From NCBI GenBank assembly GCA_040954595.2, contig CM082576.2:20383028-20447027 (forward strand): a DNA stretch of 64,000 bases. Direction: 5' to 3'. Positions 26,020-38,986 of the stretch are shown here, piece after piece. The first letter of the stretch is position 1; the number at the start of each line of letters is the position of its first letter. The notes below the pieces were generated by a model. It worked only from the letters and a program-made list of their open reading frames with translations, was not told the DNA's origin and ran no database searches. Origin of the DNA: Balanoglossus misakiensis (lineage: Eukaryota > Animalia > Hemichordata). Both the position numbers and the translations under genes were made by a program.

Positions 26020-27047
26020 TTTTTTACATTCCATATTTCTATATCGTAAGATCATATCTACTTGCAATGTCACCTGTAATTTTTATTATGGTGTGTCACT
26101 GTTTCCGCATAATCCTCAAATGGGACCACAGTGACCTTGACGCTATTTTTACATTGAATGGACTAGTCTGCTCAAACTTTCCTTATCAAAAATTCTGTTT
26201 AATCTTCTGTAACATGTATAATAGTATACATGTAGCTGCCTGATAGTTTGCCCTGTGTGTGTAACTGCTGAGTGACATAACGCATTCTGTGATTGGTCCA
26301 GTCACGTAACCACCAATCAGATCGCTTGTTATAAGGAGAACTGCGCGACCTTTAACCGCATTAGCATACCTGATTTTTAGGGCTCGATATTACCTCTGAG
26401 GACGCAATATTTAAGTTGAAGTTTTTTTTCTTTTATCATATTAATGCAAGAAGACTTGCTTTTTATGTAAAATAAATAGACCCTAATATACAGAGTGCAT
26501 TTTGAAACGATAGGCAGGTCTGGCCCATAGCCTAATTCTTCATTTTTCTGTCATGCGTAGGAATTGATCAGTGCTAACAACCCATGTCAAAATGGCGACA
26601 CTTGCCAACCCTAACCTTGTGTGTGGCATTGACGTGCACCTGCCAAGGATGCTATACTGGGGAGTGCTGTGAAAATTGTAAGTCAGTTTCTTTTGTCAAA
26701 TTAATCAATATGTGTGGGACTGCTATACATGTATATAAAACAGAATACTGCGATGGAAAATTCGATAACTTAATGTTTCAGTGGATATATGACTTAAAGT
26801 TAGCAGGATGCAGTGAATTCAACCGAAAGTGTAATTTCCTCTTGTGTGAGCTCTGTGCGACTGTGACAATGACAGTGAAGCAGTATTCATCTCCCGAGCT
26901 GTCTTCCACTTTATGCACAGCTTTGACAGTTTCATCCTTGTCTACCCTATTTGCCTTGCCTCTTGATCGGCAGCATTTGGAAAAATGGTTAGGTTTGCCA
27001 CACTTCCTGCATGACTTGCCTTTAGCTGGACATACTGAGTCATGTGG
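26020..27047 (+). repeat. Segmental duplication, paralog of 54833-56425
   Basis: Near-identical run ACATTGAATGGACTAGTCTG through CATACTGAGTCATGTGG; this copy lacks ~460 bp present at 55792-56249. Confidence 0.92.
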
Positions 27048-27903
27048 ATAGGTGCCACCACAATAATAACAAGTGGATGGTCCTTTCGCTGGCTGCTGAT
27101 GAGCTCTCTTTTGTTTATTTTGTTTCGGGCGTTGATGGCGCTGTTTTCTGACCGCATTCACAGATGCCGTATCTGCACCATTATTTTGGGTTTTCTCCTC
27201 AATCCCACTAGCCTGAACCTCTGATACCTCAAACGAACGGGCTGTACTCAGTAGATTCTCTAGTGCCGTCTCCTCCCGAAGAGCACGACGTCTGAGACGG
27301 GCTTATGTGAATCCTCGTATGATTTGTGATTTGACCTCTTGATCACATATGTTTCTGCTAGGCGTTGCAAACAAGTGTGATAGGCATCGATCGATTCGCC
27401 GTTGTTTTGTATGGTGTCTCTGAAGATGAATCGTTCGTATTCAATGTTCTGTTTGGGTGAGAAGTACGACGTAAGCTTTAATTTGGCTGTTTCACAGCTC
27501 GTTCCTGTATCTGGTAGAGTATCAAAGATGTCGGAAACTTCCTCACCTGCCCAGTGCAATAGCAGTGCACGTTGTCGCTTGTCATCTGTAATGTTGAATG
27601 CGACAAATGCGTTTTCTACTCTAGCCATGTACTTTTTCCATCTCGTACTGGTGGTTGTCGGGTCTGAATGAACAGGAAAACTCGGCATTGACGGCTAGCT
27701 GATTCTCCATGTTCTCCGTCCTCGTCGCCAAATATAGAATCGTGGGTGGGCAATAATGACAACACGAGACACCAAGTCCGGCATGTAAGAGTGAGAGTGC
27801 CTAGCCTCGTTCATGCACTTTATTCATAATGACCCGAATGTTGCATAACGTCATTTTACAGAATGTATAAAGTATAGATGCTCACTAGTGTTTGGACATT
27901 ACA
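26871..27903 (-). mobile_element. Gypsy LTR retrotransposon 5' part (LTR, PBS, degenerate gag)
   Basis: gag RWKKY..RALLLHWAGEEVSDIFDTL..YERFIFR; knuckles CYYCGGTYPH and CRKCGKPNHFSKCC; PBS TGGCGACGAGGA at 27719-27730 (tRNA-Ser type); ~170 bp putative LTR with AATAAA. Confidence 0.9.
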
Positions 27904-28104
27904 ATATACATGTGACTGCAGTGTCTTTCCAATCATGAATTTGCAAGGTGTCCTTCAGAGAAAATCTTCTGATTCTCTTTTCTGATTTGCTTTGCATATA
28001 TGACTTAATGATCTCATTTGTTGGAATTCCCTGTCCCAAATTTTTGATGATCAGTCTCTGCCCCATTGCTCATCGTCCCAACTTTCTTGTGTATTGAAAA
28101 CCAG

Positions 28105-28227
28105 GAATCAACCAATGCGATCCCAATCCGTGCTTGAACAGTGGTTTCTGCCAGATGACATCTGGATCATGTGAACTGTACACATGTTTCTGTCAGAATT
28201 CTTACACTGGTGACCTTTGTGAACAAA
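28105..28227 (+). pseudogene. Isolated EGF-like exon of the 8-Cys array family
   Basis: ccag|..|gtaagt, 123 bp, INQCDPNPCLNSGFCQMTSGSCELYTCFCQNSYTGDLCEQ. Confidence 0.88.
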
Positions 28228-29774
28228 GTAAGTTTTGATTTATTGTCTTGGGTTAATAATTTATACAGTTCAAAGTATCACCATTTCTTTCAATATGTAG
28301 ATTTTTTGTTTTTCTCTACAAGTGTAATCAAGATCTGCTTGAAAATTTGTGTCGCTGTTCTAGTTTATGAATTATGAGGCTGTTCTATGAGCTGAGCCAT
28401 TCAATGAAATTAAACATGGTGACCATATGATTTTATCTGACCACGGAATATAATTTCTATTGATGGAGCCATTTGATTTTTTGTGTATACATGAAAATAG
28501 CAATACTGGAAGTAAGTAAGCATTAAATCCCATGTTCTATGTCACACACGTGGCTATACGGGCCAGTTCATGTGATAACAAACATAATTAATGGGAAAAT
28601 GGCAGCGAGAGAGAGACTTTGTCCCTTTAATTCTTGAGTTGATTGGCGAGCCACCTTCGATTCGATCAGGATGACCTCCAATCACAAAGTGTATATCAAT
28701 ACATGTGACACTAGGACCCTGAGAACTAACCAGGGGTAAGGGAAAAGGTAGCCCTTAGAAACAAATTTGGTAAGGTTACACCTAGCATGTTGAAAGATGT
28801 GCCCCCGGGACATGCCCCACCTTAGGTTGACACCAGAGTTTCATAAAAAAGTTGTGTATGACACAAAAACGGAAAATTCCCCCGTACTGACTATTCATCA
28901 GACAGTTTTATGAGTAGTAACAATAGGAGCCATGGGGGTAAATGCCAAAAGAAGTTGCCCTCCTTGTCCTAGGGCAGGCGAATATGACAACAACAGATCA
29001 CAAAGCATTCGTGGGAAGGAGGGGATTCATCCCACACTTTCTTATTGGTGTTGGGAAAATGATGCCCTTGAACCCATGCCCAGACTCACTTTCCGATCAA
29101 GGTATGATCCAAGTCTGGGTGAAGGAGGGCCTTGGGGACAGGATGTTTTCAGTTATGGGGAGGCATGGGATAGGGACAATTTCGACACTTTTGCCACGTG
29201 CAGTACAGAGGGGATGCGATCAGAACCATTATCCTGGAGAGTTTGCAGGGACGTTCCATCAATATGAACTGGAAGGGTTTACCAGATATTTTACGCCACC
29301 TGCACCCCCATATTCAATGAGGCCCACACCGAACCCAGCTAGTCCGTACAACCAACAGTATGAATCACCACCTCATGCTGGGCGTAGCCATAGGCTATAC
29401 ATGCCTGCCGGTATCGAAGACCATTATGAGTATTGGTACCAGACCCCTCTTGAGAATGAATCATGGTTCCACCCTTATGGTAAAAAATAAGATTACTCCA
29501 TGCTAATAAATTATTAGAATGAAAGTACATTCCAAGTGACTTGTTGGGAGCATCGGGCCACTTAATTCCGAAAAATTGCAATCAGCCTGATTTTCAGTTA
29601 ACCAATCTAAAGTCCAACTTTTCGTGTATTTAGTTGGGTTTCTAAAACTAACACATTTTTTGACAATATTAATGGCATGATGAACACTACTCTCATCAAA
29701 TAAAATAATGTTGTGTCATCCACAACTGGTGTAATTTTTATGTGTTTGGAATCGTAGACACCATTTATCTTTTA

Positions 29775-30615
29775 GTCTATCTATCTATCTACCTTACTGG
29801 CCAACTTCAACATATTGAAGGCTTTGCCAGTGAGTGCACCCTAGTACAGGACATCAAAAATGTCAGTTTTCTGGTTTGGTGCAGTATAGTGCCAAAGAAG
29901 ATTTGAAGGATTCGTGTGACCCTGCAGATATGATGTCTGGTGGTATACTATTCCAGTCTTTGATTGTTCTTGGAAAGAAGGAATATTTTCTGTAGTCTGT
30001 TTTGAATTTGGGAATTTTATAACTTTTACTATATGCATGTGTCTAGTGAGTCTTAGCAGGGGTTGTAGATGCTGAAGATTGTTCATAGCAACAGTTCCTG
30101 TTGAAATTTTATATGGCATCGATAGTCTGGCTTCTTTTCTACGTTGTTCTAATGATGTCCAATGTAAGGTATTTATCATGTTGTCAACACTAGAGCGATT
30201 TCGAAATCTGCCAGTCACGTAGTGTGCAGCGCGTCTTTGTGTTTTTCTAACAAAGCTATGTCGGTCTGTTCATATGGGTCCCAAACAGTGGAGGCGTATT
30301 CAACTAGTGGTCTTACAAGTGTTGTGTATGCCTTCTCTTTCACCGATGTTGATCCTATGTTGAGATTTCTACGGAGGAAACCAAGTGTTTTGTTTGCTTT
30401 GTTGCATATTAAAGTAATATGTTGGTGCCAATCAACATCAGCTGTCAGTGTGCACCCTAGATACTTTTCGGATGAGCTGTGTTTGATTATCTTCCCGTTT
30501 AAACTGTACTGGTTAATTATCATTGAACGTTTCCTTGTTACTGACAGAACAGAGCATTTGTGTGGATGAAAATACATTTTCCATTTGTTGGCCCACGCTG
30601 CTAGTTTGTCTAGAT
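29775..30615 (-). mobile_element. 5'-truncated LINE (CR1/Jockey-group ORF2 C-terminus)
   Basis: EKYLGCTL..KANKTLGFLRRNL..AYTTLVRPLVEYASTVWDPY..LHWTSLEQRR; (TAGA)n tail at 29775-29791. Confidence 0.9.
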
Positions 30616-31727
30616 CAGATAGTCAACCCTAAATCTAATATAATAGTCGCGAAAATTTCTATGACAAACAAAAAATGAAGGGGACACCCTTGTCAGATCC
30701 CTTTGGATGGATAACCTTTAGAGAAGACATTGCCATTTTTCAAACATCTAGTATGTGATTATACATAGTTTTAACCCTATAACGCTGCCAAGTCAGTTTG
30801 ATATCCAGGGTGCCTAGAATCCTGGCTCCCAGGCCTGTTAGGCTGCCAAGGGCGTGTTACGCAGTAGGGCCTATACTAGACCCTCAAACCAAACCAGGCA
30901 AACCAGTACGATTTAGTACATTTAAGGGGGCTTAGACTGCCAAGTGTGTATATGAGAGCCATGGCAAGACAGTCAAAATACGTTTAGGAAGATAAAATGG
31001 CAAACACATATTTTAAGGGACTTGACACTCTAAACAGGTATGACACCTAGTAGCATTAGGGTTAAAATATAGCTGCAAGCCAAAATGGTCATCTGAGGTC
31101 ACCCGAAATTTGGGCAAAATTTTTGACCCCATACTGGTCCAGGTCCATCAGAAACCAAACCTTCAGCCCTATTGGTTCGCCTGGAATTAGGTATACACAT
31201 AATTAATGAGTTAAGCAGTTGTACAGGTGACCTCAAAATTCGGCTTTTCATTTTAGTCCCATCCCTCGAAATGCTAAGGCTGTACCTGCTCTGGATGCCG
31301 AGATATGAGAAAGTAGATCACCTGAGGTCACCCAAAATTTTATGGAAAAAATTGGACCCCACACTTGTCCATGTCCAACAGAAACAAAACCTCTAGCCTA
31401 TTAGTAAGCCTAGAATTAGGTATGCACATAATTAATTAGGTCAAAGGTCAAGGGGTAACAAGTACATGTGTATGCTTCATCCCACCAAATATGAAGTCTG
31501 TCGGTCTAATAGTTACGTACTTATGAGCATTTATGTTATATATAGTTCAACGGTCACCGAGGTCCATGACATTGCGGCGAAATGATTTGGTCCAATAGTT
31601 GTACCTGTCCACCAAAAATCAGCTCCCTAGGTGTATTAGTTAGCGTAGAAGTAGATATGTGTTTTTCAAGGTAGGTCAAAGGTCAAGGGGTCACCCGAAA
31701 TTTGGCTTCTCATTTCGGCCCCTTGGT

Positions 31728-32574
31728 CAGTCCCTGTTCACTCCATAAATGGAGACGTGTTCTGCGCAACCGCAGTACGTGTAACCTCGTGAATCAGATG
31801 TGCACATGCATACAGCAGTCCCTGTTCACTCCATAAATGGAGACGTGTTCTGCGCAACCACAGCTGGACCTGTGAAAGATCAAATCCGATCGACATATTT
31901 AGTTTCCGTATATTATATTGACCAATGCAGACTAAATCTAATAGAATTACTACATGTAGTATATCGTGTACAATACACATGTTTGACAATATTGCAGTTT
32001 GAGTGTTAGATGCTGCAGACATGTATACCCGATCTAAATTTCCGACCTACACATGTACATGTATTACTGTTCACATGTACATACACAGTAACCGCATTCT
32101 GAAAATGACATGGTATTTTCAAAATGTTACCCCAAATTACCCCATCATGTGAGAGCCATGAAACTCACACCCATTGTCCAGCAGTAGTTAGTTGAGTATC
32201 CTATTCACTCAAAACAAAAAGAACGGGTGTGAAAAAGTCACTAAAACAGCATTGATACAGAGGTGTATAACACTGTCCATGATTTCAAGAGAAAAACATG
32301 AACGCAGCCCAGGCAGATCGGTCACTGTATGTGGCGATATCTTTCTAAGTATTTCACTCAACTTGTACAGACGATGCCATGCTGTCTTCTGGAATGTGCT
32401 GGTAACGTCACACTTCGAAATTTTCCGAAGTTGCCGCTCCATAGGGTCGAAAATCACCGAAGTCTACGTGTAAACAAATCAGCGAATGATACTCACTTGC
32501 AAACTTTGCGGGATATGCAAATTTATTTCTGAGCATGCGCAGTACGTCTCCATTTAAGGAGTGAACAGGGACTG
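31728..32574. mobile_element. TIR element with duplicated left end
   Basis: CAGTCCCTGTTCACTCCATAAATGGAGACGT at 31728 and 31817; ACGTCTCCATTTAAGGAGTGAACAGGGACTG at the right end; no clear TSD. Confidence 0.75.
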
Positions 32575-33102
32575 ATGGTGATCGCTGGCAAGCTGCAGTG
32601 AACACTGGCTGTCCAGGACCTTTATAATATAGACCAGAATGCCATAATAGATGTGATAGCTTCACTGTACAGGTATAGGCCATATGGCTAGATCACATGA
32701 CTAATTAACTATTAATTGTTGGGGTCACATCCACACGGCCTCATCCACAGTGCCAAGTTTGAGATTGCTACATTGAGTCCTTCATGCTTGAATACGATGT
32801 TGTCATAGCCTTTTTGTAAATTTGGCCCTTATATGGTCATCATGTCACGTGACAAATTATATATTCACGGATTAGGCATGTGTCTCCTCATTGGCCCCGT
32901 CCACTGTGCCATGGTTAAAATTTGTACATTGAGTCCTTCATGCTTGAATATGGTGTTGTCATAGTTTATTTGTAAATTTTGCCCTTATATTGTCATCATG
33001 TCACGTGACTAATTATACATTCACAGCTTAGGTACATGTCCACTCATTGCCCCATCCACTGTGCCAAGTTTAAGGTTTGTTCATTGGGTCCTTAATACTT
33101 GA

Positions 33103-33733
33103 TTATTACACCTCATTCTGTATTCTGTAGTCTTGATTGGCTGAAACCGTACCACGTGACATAGAAAAAAACGTGATATTGCATGGTTGACAGAGTCTAT
33201 GGCCCGTAGGTAGGGGCTACGGGCCGGAGATACGCGTGCGCTGAGAGTATATTGCCGGCTGTGAACAGGTTTTAGGTTCTGCGCATCTTTTCTGCGCATA
33301 ACAAACTGTCGTTCAATGGCTTCCTTCACGATCAGTCAACTCCCGCATATATGGCTTCAAAGCGACACACAGGATTAACACCTGTTTAACTGGACGATAT
33401 TTTACCGCAAATGGACAGCAAATACACCAAAGCCGCAACCAACATCGCGGTTTATCTGAATTCGAAGTAGGTACACTGTACAGCGAGATATTTTAGTTCA
33501 CTGCAACCTGCATCGTACGAAATGGACGCAACCCTCTATGCTGTGTATGGTCAAATGTTCGGTATAATAAAATTAATAACACATAACCCTAACCCTGGTG
33601 ATCTCTGACCATAATACTGTTGATGCCCTTTCCTGTGGCTCGGGCATCATCAATATTATTATGGTCAGAGATCACCATCCCTCGTGCAGGCCAAAGATCA
33701 TGATATTGCCCTCGCTAACATGTGTTATTATTT
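33103..33733. mobile_element. Hairpin-bearing element (Crypton-like), homolog of 15505-16165
   Basis: Shared TTCAATGGCTTCCTTCACGATCAGTCAACTCCCGCAT and terminal hairpin. Confidence 0.75.
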
Positions 33734-34769
33734 AAATACGATGTTGTCATAGCTTTACTATGCAGGTATAGTAAAGCCTATGCCTTGGTCCAGACCCCCC
33801 ATGGTCAATGAAAAAATATGAAATATAATGATCAAAAATCTTCTTCTCAAAATTGGCATACCCTAGGACCATGAAATTTGGCATGTAGGACCATGGCAAT
33901 ATGGTTCACAAAGCATCTTAAAATAATTGTGATTCGTGATATTTTATGCAAATGAGAGCAATTTGAAAATTTTGCCCTTATATGGTCATCAGGTCACGTG
34001 ACTAATTTAACATTCACGAACGTACTGCACCAGATCTCATTGGCCTGCATCATTGTGCCAAATTTGAGAATTGTAGGTTAAGCCGTTTTCAAGATCCTAG
34101 TGGCCGATGAAAGTGCCCAAGAAGAAGATAAATGCCAGCAATACCAATAGGGGCCCCGCCCATAGGGGCTTGGGCCCCTAAAAACCCAAGTAATAACAAT
34201 AGCGGCCCCGCCCATAGGGGCTTGGGTCCCTAAAAACGCCAGTTATACCAATAGGGGCCCCGCCCATAGGGGCTTGGGCCCCTAATAAGTTAGTTGTAAA
34301 GTTATTACTGAGCTTGAATTTCACTAGCGACTAAAAGTAAACAAAAACTGATGGTCAAAGTATCACAAGCTTTATTTTGGTTTGATGTAGGATGTAATAT
34401 GCTTATAGCACACTGCCAAATTAATGTCAACCAATAAGACCGGTAGGATACGATCGAAAACCACACGTATTAATGTGTAAAAGGCCGAACTTCCCAATAA
34501 ATTTGGGTAGCCGACTACAGACAGAGTCGAACCGATGCATGATCTGAAGTATCAAGACACATGGACTATTATTTATTGTTTCAGCAATTTGACTTAAGTT
34601 TATAATTTCCTATGGCAGTTTTTGCCGACAAGAATCAATGCCCGACCAAACAAAATGGACATTTTCACATGATCGTTACTGAGGTCACAAGTTAGCCAAG
34701 CCCTCATACACGCGCTATTCGGACCTATCGGTGATCTGTTTGTGTGTTTAGCTAAGGTGGTAAACTGTT

Positions 34770-37700
34770 CATCAATCAATCAATCAATCAAAAGGACTTA
34801 TAGAGCACCAAACTCCACTGCAATAGTGTTCAATAGTGCTTTACAATGTAAAGTTACTGTTAATAGGCTCTGTTAAACAGATAAGTCTTGATGTGTTTCT
34901 TGAAACTGTCAAGGCTAGGTGACTAGCATACCTCTATTGGGACACTGTTCCAAATGAGTGGGGCGATATACGAAAAAACACGATCGCCGTACGTTTTCTT
35001 CTTACTCCATGGTACATGAAGTAGAAATTTGTCATTTGAACGAAGAAGTCTTGTTGAAGTTTTCAGATGGATTAAGTCAGAGATTTAAGTTGGTGCTGTG
35101 TTGTTTAATGCCTTATATGTCATAAGCAAGATCTTGTATTGGATTCTATAGTGTACAGGCAACCAATGTAAATCCATGAGAACAGGAGTAATATGATCCG
35201 TTTTACGGGTACGAGAAACGATCCTGGCTGCAGAATTCAGGGCATGCTGTAGCGGTTGAATGCATGATGATGGTAAACCACAGAGTATTGCATTACAGTA
35301 GTCCAGTTTTGATGTGATTAGAGCATGAACCAGCATCTGGCAAACTTACTTAGTGAGGTAACGGCGAATGTGGCTGATTTGACGCAGATGGAAGAAAATT
35401 GACTTGCAAATTGCGTTAATGTGCTTATTGAAAGTGTAATTGTCGTCGAATGTCACACCTATATTCCGTGCAGAATTCACAATTCACAACATGATCCAAT
35501 GCTCATGTGGTTTATGGGACGAGGCGAGCGGTTGAACTGAGACCTTGTCAGGAGTACTTCGGTTTTGCCACCATTGAGTTGAAGTTTATTATGTGTAATC
35601 CAGGTTTTTATTTCGTGAACTGCCCTTTCCATCTTGTCTAATGTATAATGTACTTATGGTGTCTAACTGGAAGAAATATTGGTATAGTTGGTTGTCATCG
35701 GCATATTGGTGAAAATTGACTTTGTGGTGACAAATAAGTTGAGCAAGTGGTTGGATGTAGCTGCAGAACAAAAGTGGTCCAAGCACTGAACCGTGTGGTA
35801 CTCCATATTGTAGATATTGAGGTTCTGACATTGTGCCATACAAACTGCTGTCTGTCCTTAAGATATGATGAGAACCATTGTAGTGGGATGTTGGTGATGC
35901 CCAGTTTTGATAACCTTGAGATGAGTATGTCGTGATCTATGGTATCAAACACAGAGGAGAGATCGAGGAGAACCATGAGAACATATTTACCGGCATCCAG
36001 TGCCATACAAATATCGTTGTTGACTTTAGTAAGTGCTGTTTCGGTACTGTGATCCTTTCGGTACGCTGACTGCAGTGGTTCTTGTAGTGAGTTGGTAGTC
36101 AAATATGATGTCAATTGTTGTGCTACAATCTTCCCGATTACTTTTGACAGGACGGTTAGGTTTGAAACAGGTCTATAGTTCTTGAAAATGTTTTTGTCGA
36201 GCGAAGGTTTCTTGAGTATATTGGTGTGATGACTGCTATTTTAAGTTATTCAGGAACAGTTCCAGTTTTGAGTGACAAATTGATAATTGTGGCTGTGATA
36301 GTGAGCAGATTACCAAGACATTGCTTAACAAGTGCTGTAGGGATGGGATCAAGTACACATGTTTTAGATGGAGAGCCAGAGATAACTTTGCTGATTTCTT
36401 CGTCTTTAGCTGTGTGGAATTCAGGAAGTGTTGATGAGACTGCTGGGTGCAGAAATTGGTAATCTTTTGAAGTAGGGTTTACCATGTCGTGGCTGGAATG
36501 GATAGATATGATTTTAGTGATGAAATATTTACTGAATGTCTCTGCTAAGTCTATTTTAGCAGTGTGGTCAGGTAGAGTCTTTTCTTGTTGCTTGCCAGCC
36601 AGGGTTGATATGATTTGAAATAGTGACTTCTGGTTACCATACTTTTCCTCAATTAGATGTGAGAAGTATGACTTTTTGGTAGCTCTGATTAAGTGACTGA
36701 CATTTCTGCACTCATGTTGATATATCTGACGATGAATCTCCAGCTTAGTTTTTCGCCACAGATGTTCAGCCTTCCGTCTATTCTTTTTTGCAATGTCGAT
36801 TTCATGAGTATACCATTTGGTACCTGGACGTATGATCACTGTACGCTTTTGAAGTGGTGCGTTGGCTTGAAGAACTTCACTGACGTGTTGGTTATAAGCT
36901 GATATGGCTGAGGAGAAGTGTTTGGAGGCGAGGACATGTGATGTATTTTGTCGAGATCATGGCTGAAACTATCAATTGAAATGGCAGATACGACGATAAG
37001 ATATTTGACGTCTACTGTGTGTTGGTTTTGGAAGAGCAAGTTTTGCATTGACAGGATTGTGATCAGAGAGTTCCAAGCAGTCTACAGAGACACTCTTGAT
37101 GTTAGACGCAGAGTTAGATAAGATGAGATCAAGAGTATGACCCTTTCTGTGTGTTGGTTGTTGGACCCATTGTTTCAGATTACAGGCGCTGATGATTCCA
37201 TTGAATTTCTGTGTTACTGGATTCTTATCATCTTCTAGGTGAATATTGAAATCTCCTACGATGAAGAGATTACTTGACCTACTTCTCAAGTGTTGTACTG
37301 AACTCTTCCATGAACTGTGGTGCAGTGAACTTATTCTTAACTGATGGTGGTGGACGGAAAGTTTCTGGTGAAGAATAGTTGCTTCCGCTGCCTCAAAAGA
37401 TTTAAACCCCGGTGCGGCGTATAAAAGACCCCCCAAATCAGTGGCGAATCTTAATGCCGTTTGCCTGACAACAGACAGCACCAACGATCTTGGCTCTATG
37501 AAAATCGGCCCAAACAGGTCCAAGCATAAAGAATTACACCACACAACGACAGTAGTTGGCTTTATAAACACACACAACATAAAGTTATCGACGAAAAAGT
37601 ACACGAGCTTATGAAACAACGATGATTTTGGGAGAAATCTGGTTTCAGTGCTTTTCAGAAGCGTCCCTGGGAAACAATAACCACGCCATTGAAACAGTTG

Positions 37701-38120
37701 TCAATCGCGTGGAAGTGTGAAGTGTTCAATTATTTTCTGTGTACATGAGAGCCATTACACAGTCATTATGCACGACGACCACTCCCGATAAACAACTATA
37801 CAAACACACGTTAATCCGAACCCCAGGACTTTCTGCACCGGGGTTTAACAGAGAGAATAGGCTTCCAAGCTGTTAATTTTAGTGCTAGCTTATGAATTTA
37901 AGCTAAGCCTCCACCGATCTTGCCAACCCCAGGTAGATGTTTGACAGCATAGCCTGGTGGTGTGCATTCAGCCATTACGTGTTCGTCACCAGATTCCTTC
38001 AACCATGTTTCAGTGAGTACAAGAATATCAATGTCTTTATCTGTGATGTAGTCTGCAATGTCTAATGATTTGCATCTAGCTGAGCGGACATTCCATGTAG
38101 AGAGTAGAAGTTCACACGTA
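34770..38120 (-). mobile_element. L2-clade LINE, near-complete degenerate ORF2 (APE endonuclease + RT)
   Basis: TWNVRS..DILVLTETWL, IVGDFNIH, HTLDLI, SDH; [45 protein letters not shown]; (TTGA)n tail at 34770-34790; frameshifts and stops. Confidence 0.95.
37405..37845. mobile_element. TA-flanked MITE inserted in the L2 endonuclease
   Basis: TIR AACCCCGGTGC; removing it restores ..VKSFEAAE..; same family as 13442-13905. Confidence 0.9.
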
Positions 38121-38640
38121 TTGTGGATAGGATGGATCTTGAATAAGTTGCATAGTCACTCTTCAATAGATATTTAGTGACTCGCTAACTGTTGCGATTC
38201 GTGTGTGTGTAATTTACGTACTTCAAGTTAAATATCGCAACTAGCCATAATGTTTGACTAGGGGGAGCACCTATACTAATGCGAGAACCAGGGATTGAAA
38301 GTTGCACCTGTGTTTTGATCCCTTAGTTACCCTTATAAGTACATTTGTTGTTCAATAACCATAGTTCTATTGCAAACCATTCTTTTCGTAGTTTCTTATT
38401 TCAAATATTGTAATCTGAATTTATTTTGGTGTTTAACAGGTGTGATTATCTGTATTGGCGGCCATTTTGAAAATAATTGGTTGCCATGGAAACTCTTTAA
38501 CAGATATTTAGTGACTCGCTATCTGAATTTGTTCAGTACACATTAACACACATCTGAGCCAAGTTTGGTGCTTTTATCACAAAATACACAATCGATATGA
38601 AAATTTGGGTTTTGGTGCTCCACTACATAAGTAACATTAA

Positions 38641-38985
38641 GGATGTACGTTCAGTAAAATTGAAAGTATTGTCATTTTTTTTAATTGTGGATTTTTTTAT
38701 TCTCCTTTGTATGTATAATAAAAATCCGTAATTAAATATAGGGGTCACCGGGCTTGTTTTTGAAATACAGAGCTATGAATTTGGTCGATAATAGAAGAAA
38801 TCTGCTGACTCAGCATTTTTCACCAGCGGTTTGTCTATGGGCAAAATTCTTAACACAATTTATCTAAAAAAAGAGCACGGTGACCCCTATATTTTATTTG
38901 ACCAATGAATTTATATTTGCTGGACTGAGCTATGTGTAAAATTTCGTGAAAATGACAATAGTAGAAGTTTGTTTTCTGGCGATTA
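38641..38985. mobile_element. Kolobok-like MITE (truncated)
   Basis: TTAA|GGATGTACGTTCAGT; reverse complement of 23225-23565. Confidence 0.8.
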
Positions 38986-38986
38986 T

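Larger units (their letters stand above)
31063..34287 (-). mobile_element. Composite Helentron-like element with satellite units and nested insertions
   Basis: Units at 31090-31440 are reverse complements of 21115-21510; ~125 bp tandem units at 32700-33080; hairpin terminus present three times at 34140-34287. Confidence 0.55.

Noticed and set aside
27716-27730. tRNA gene
   Set aside because: Only the 3'-end match CCTCGTCGCCA is present, which is the Gypsy primer-binding site; no cloverleaf.
34140-34287. CRISPR-like array (palindromic repeat with variable linkers)
   Set aside because: Only three units, ~18 bp A-rich related linkers, animal context and no cas genes; fits transposon termini.
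36972-37619. 215 aa ORF, the longest in the track, as a gene
   Set aside because: It is a chance fusion of MITE sequence with the L2 endonuclease frame.
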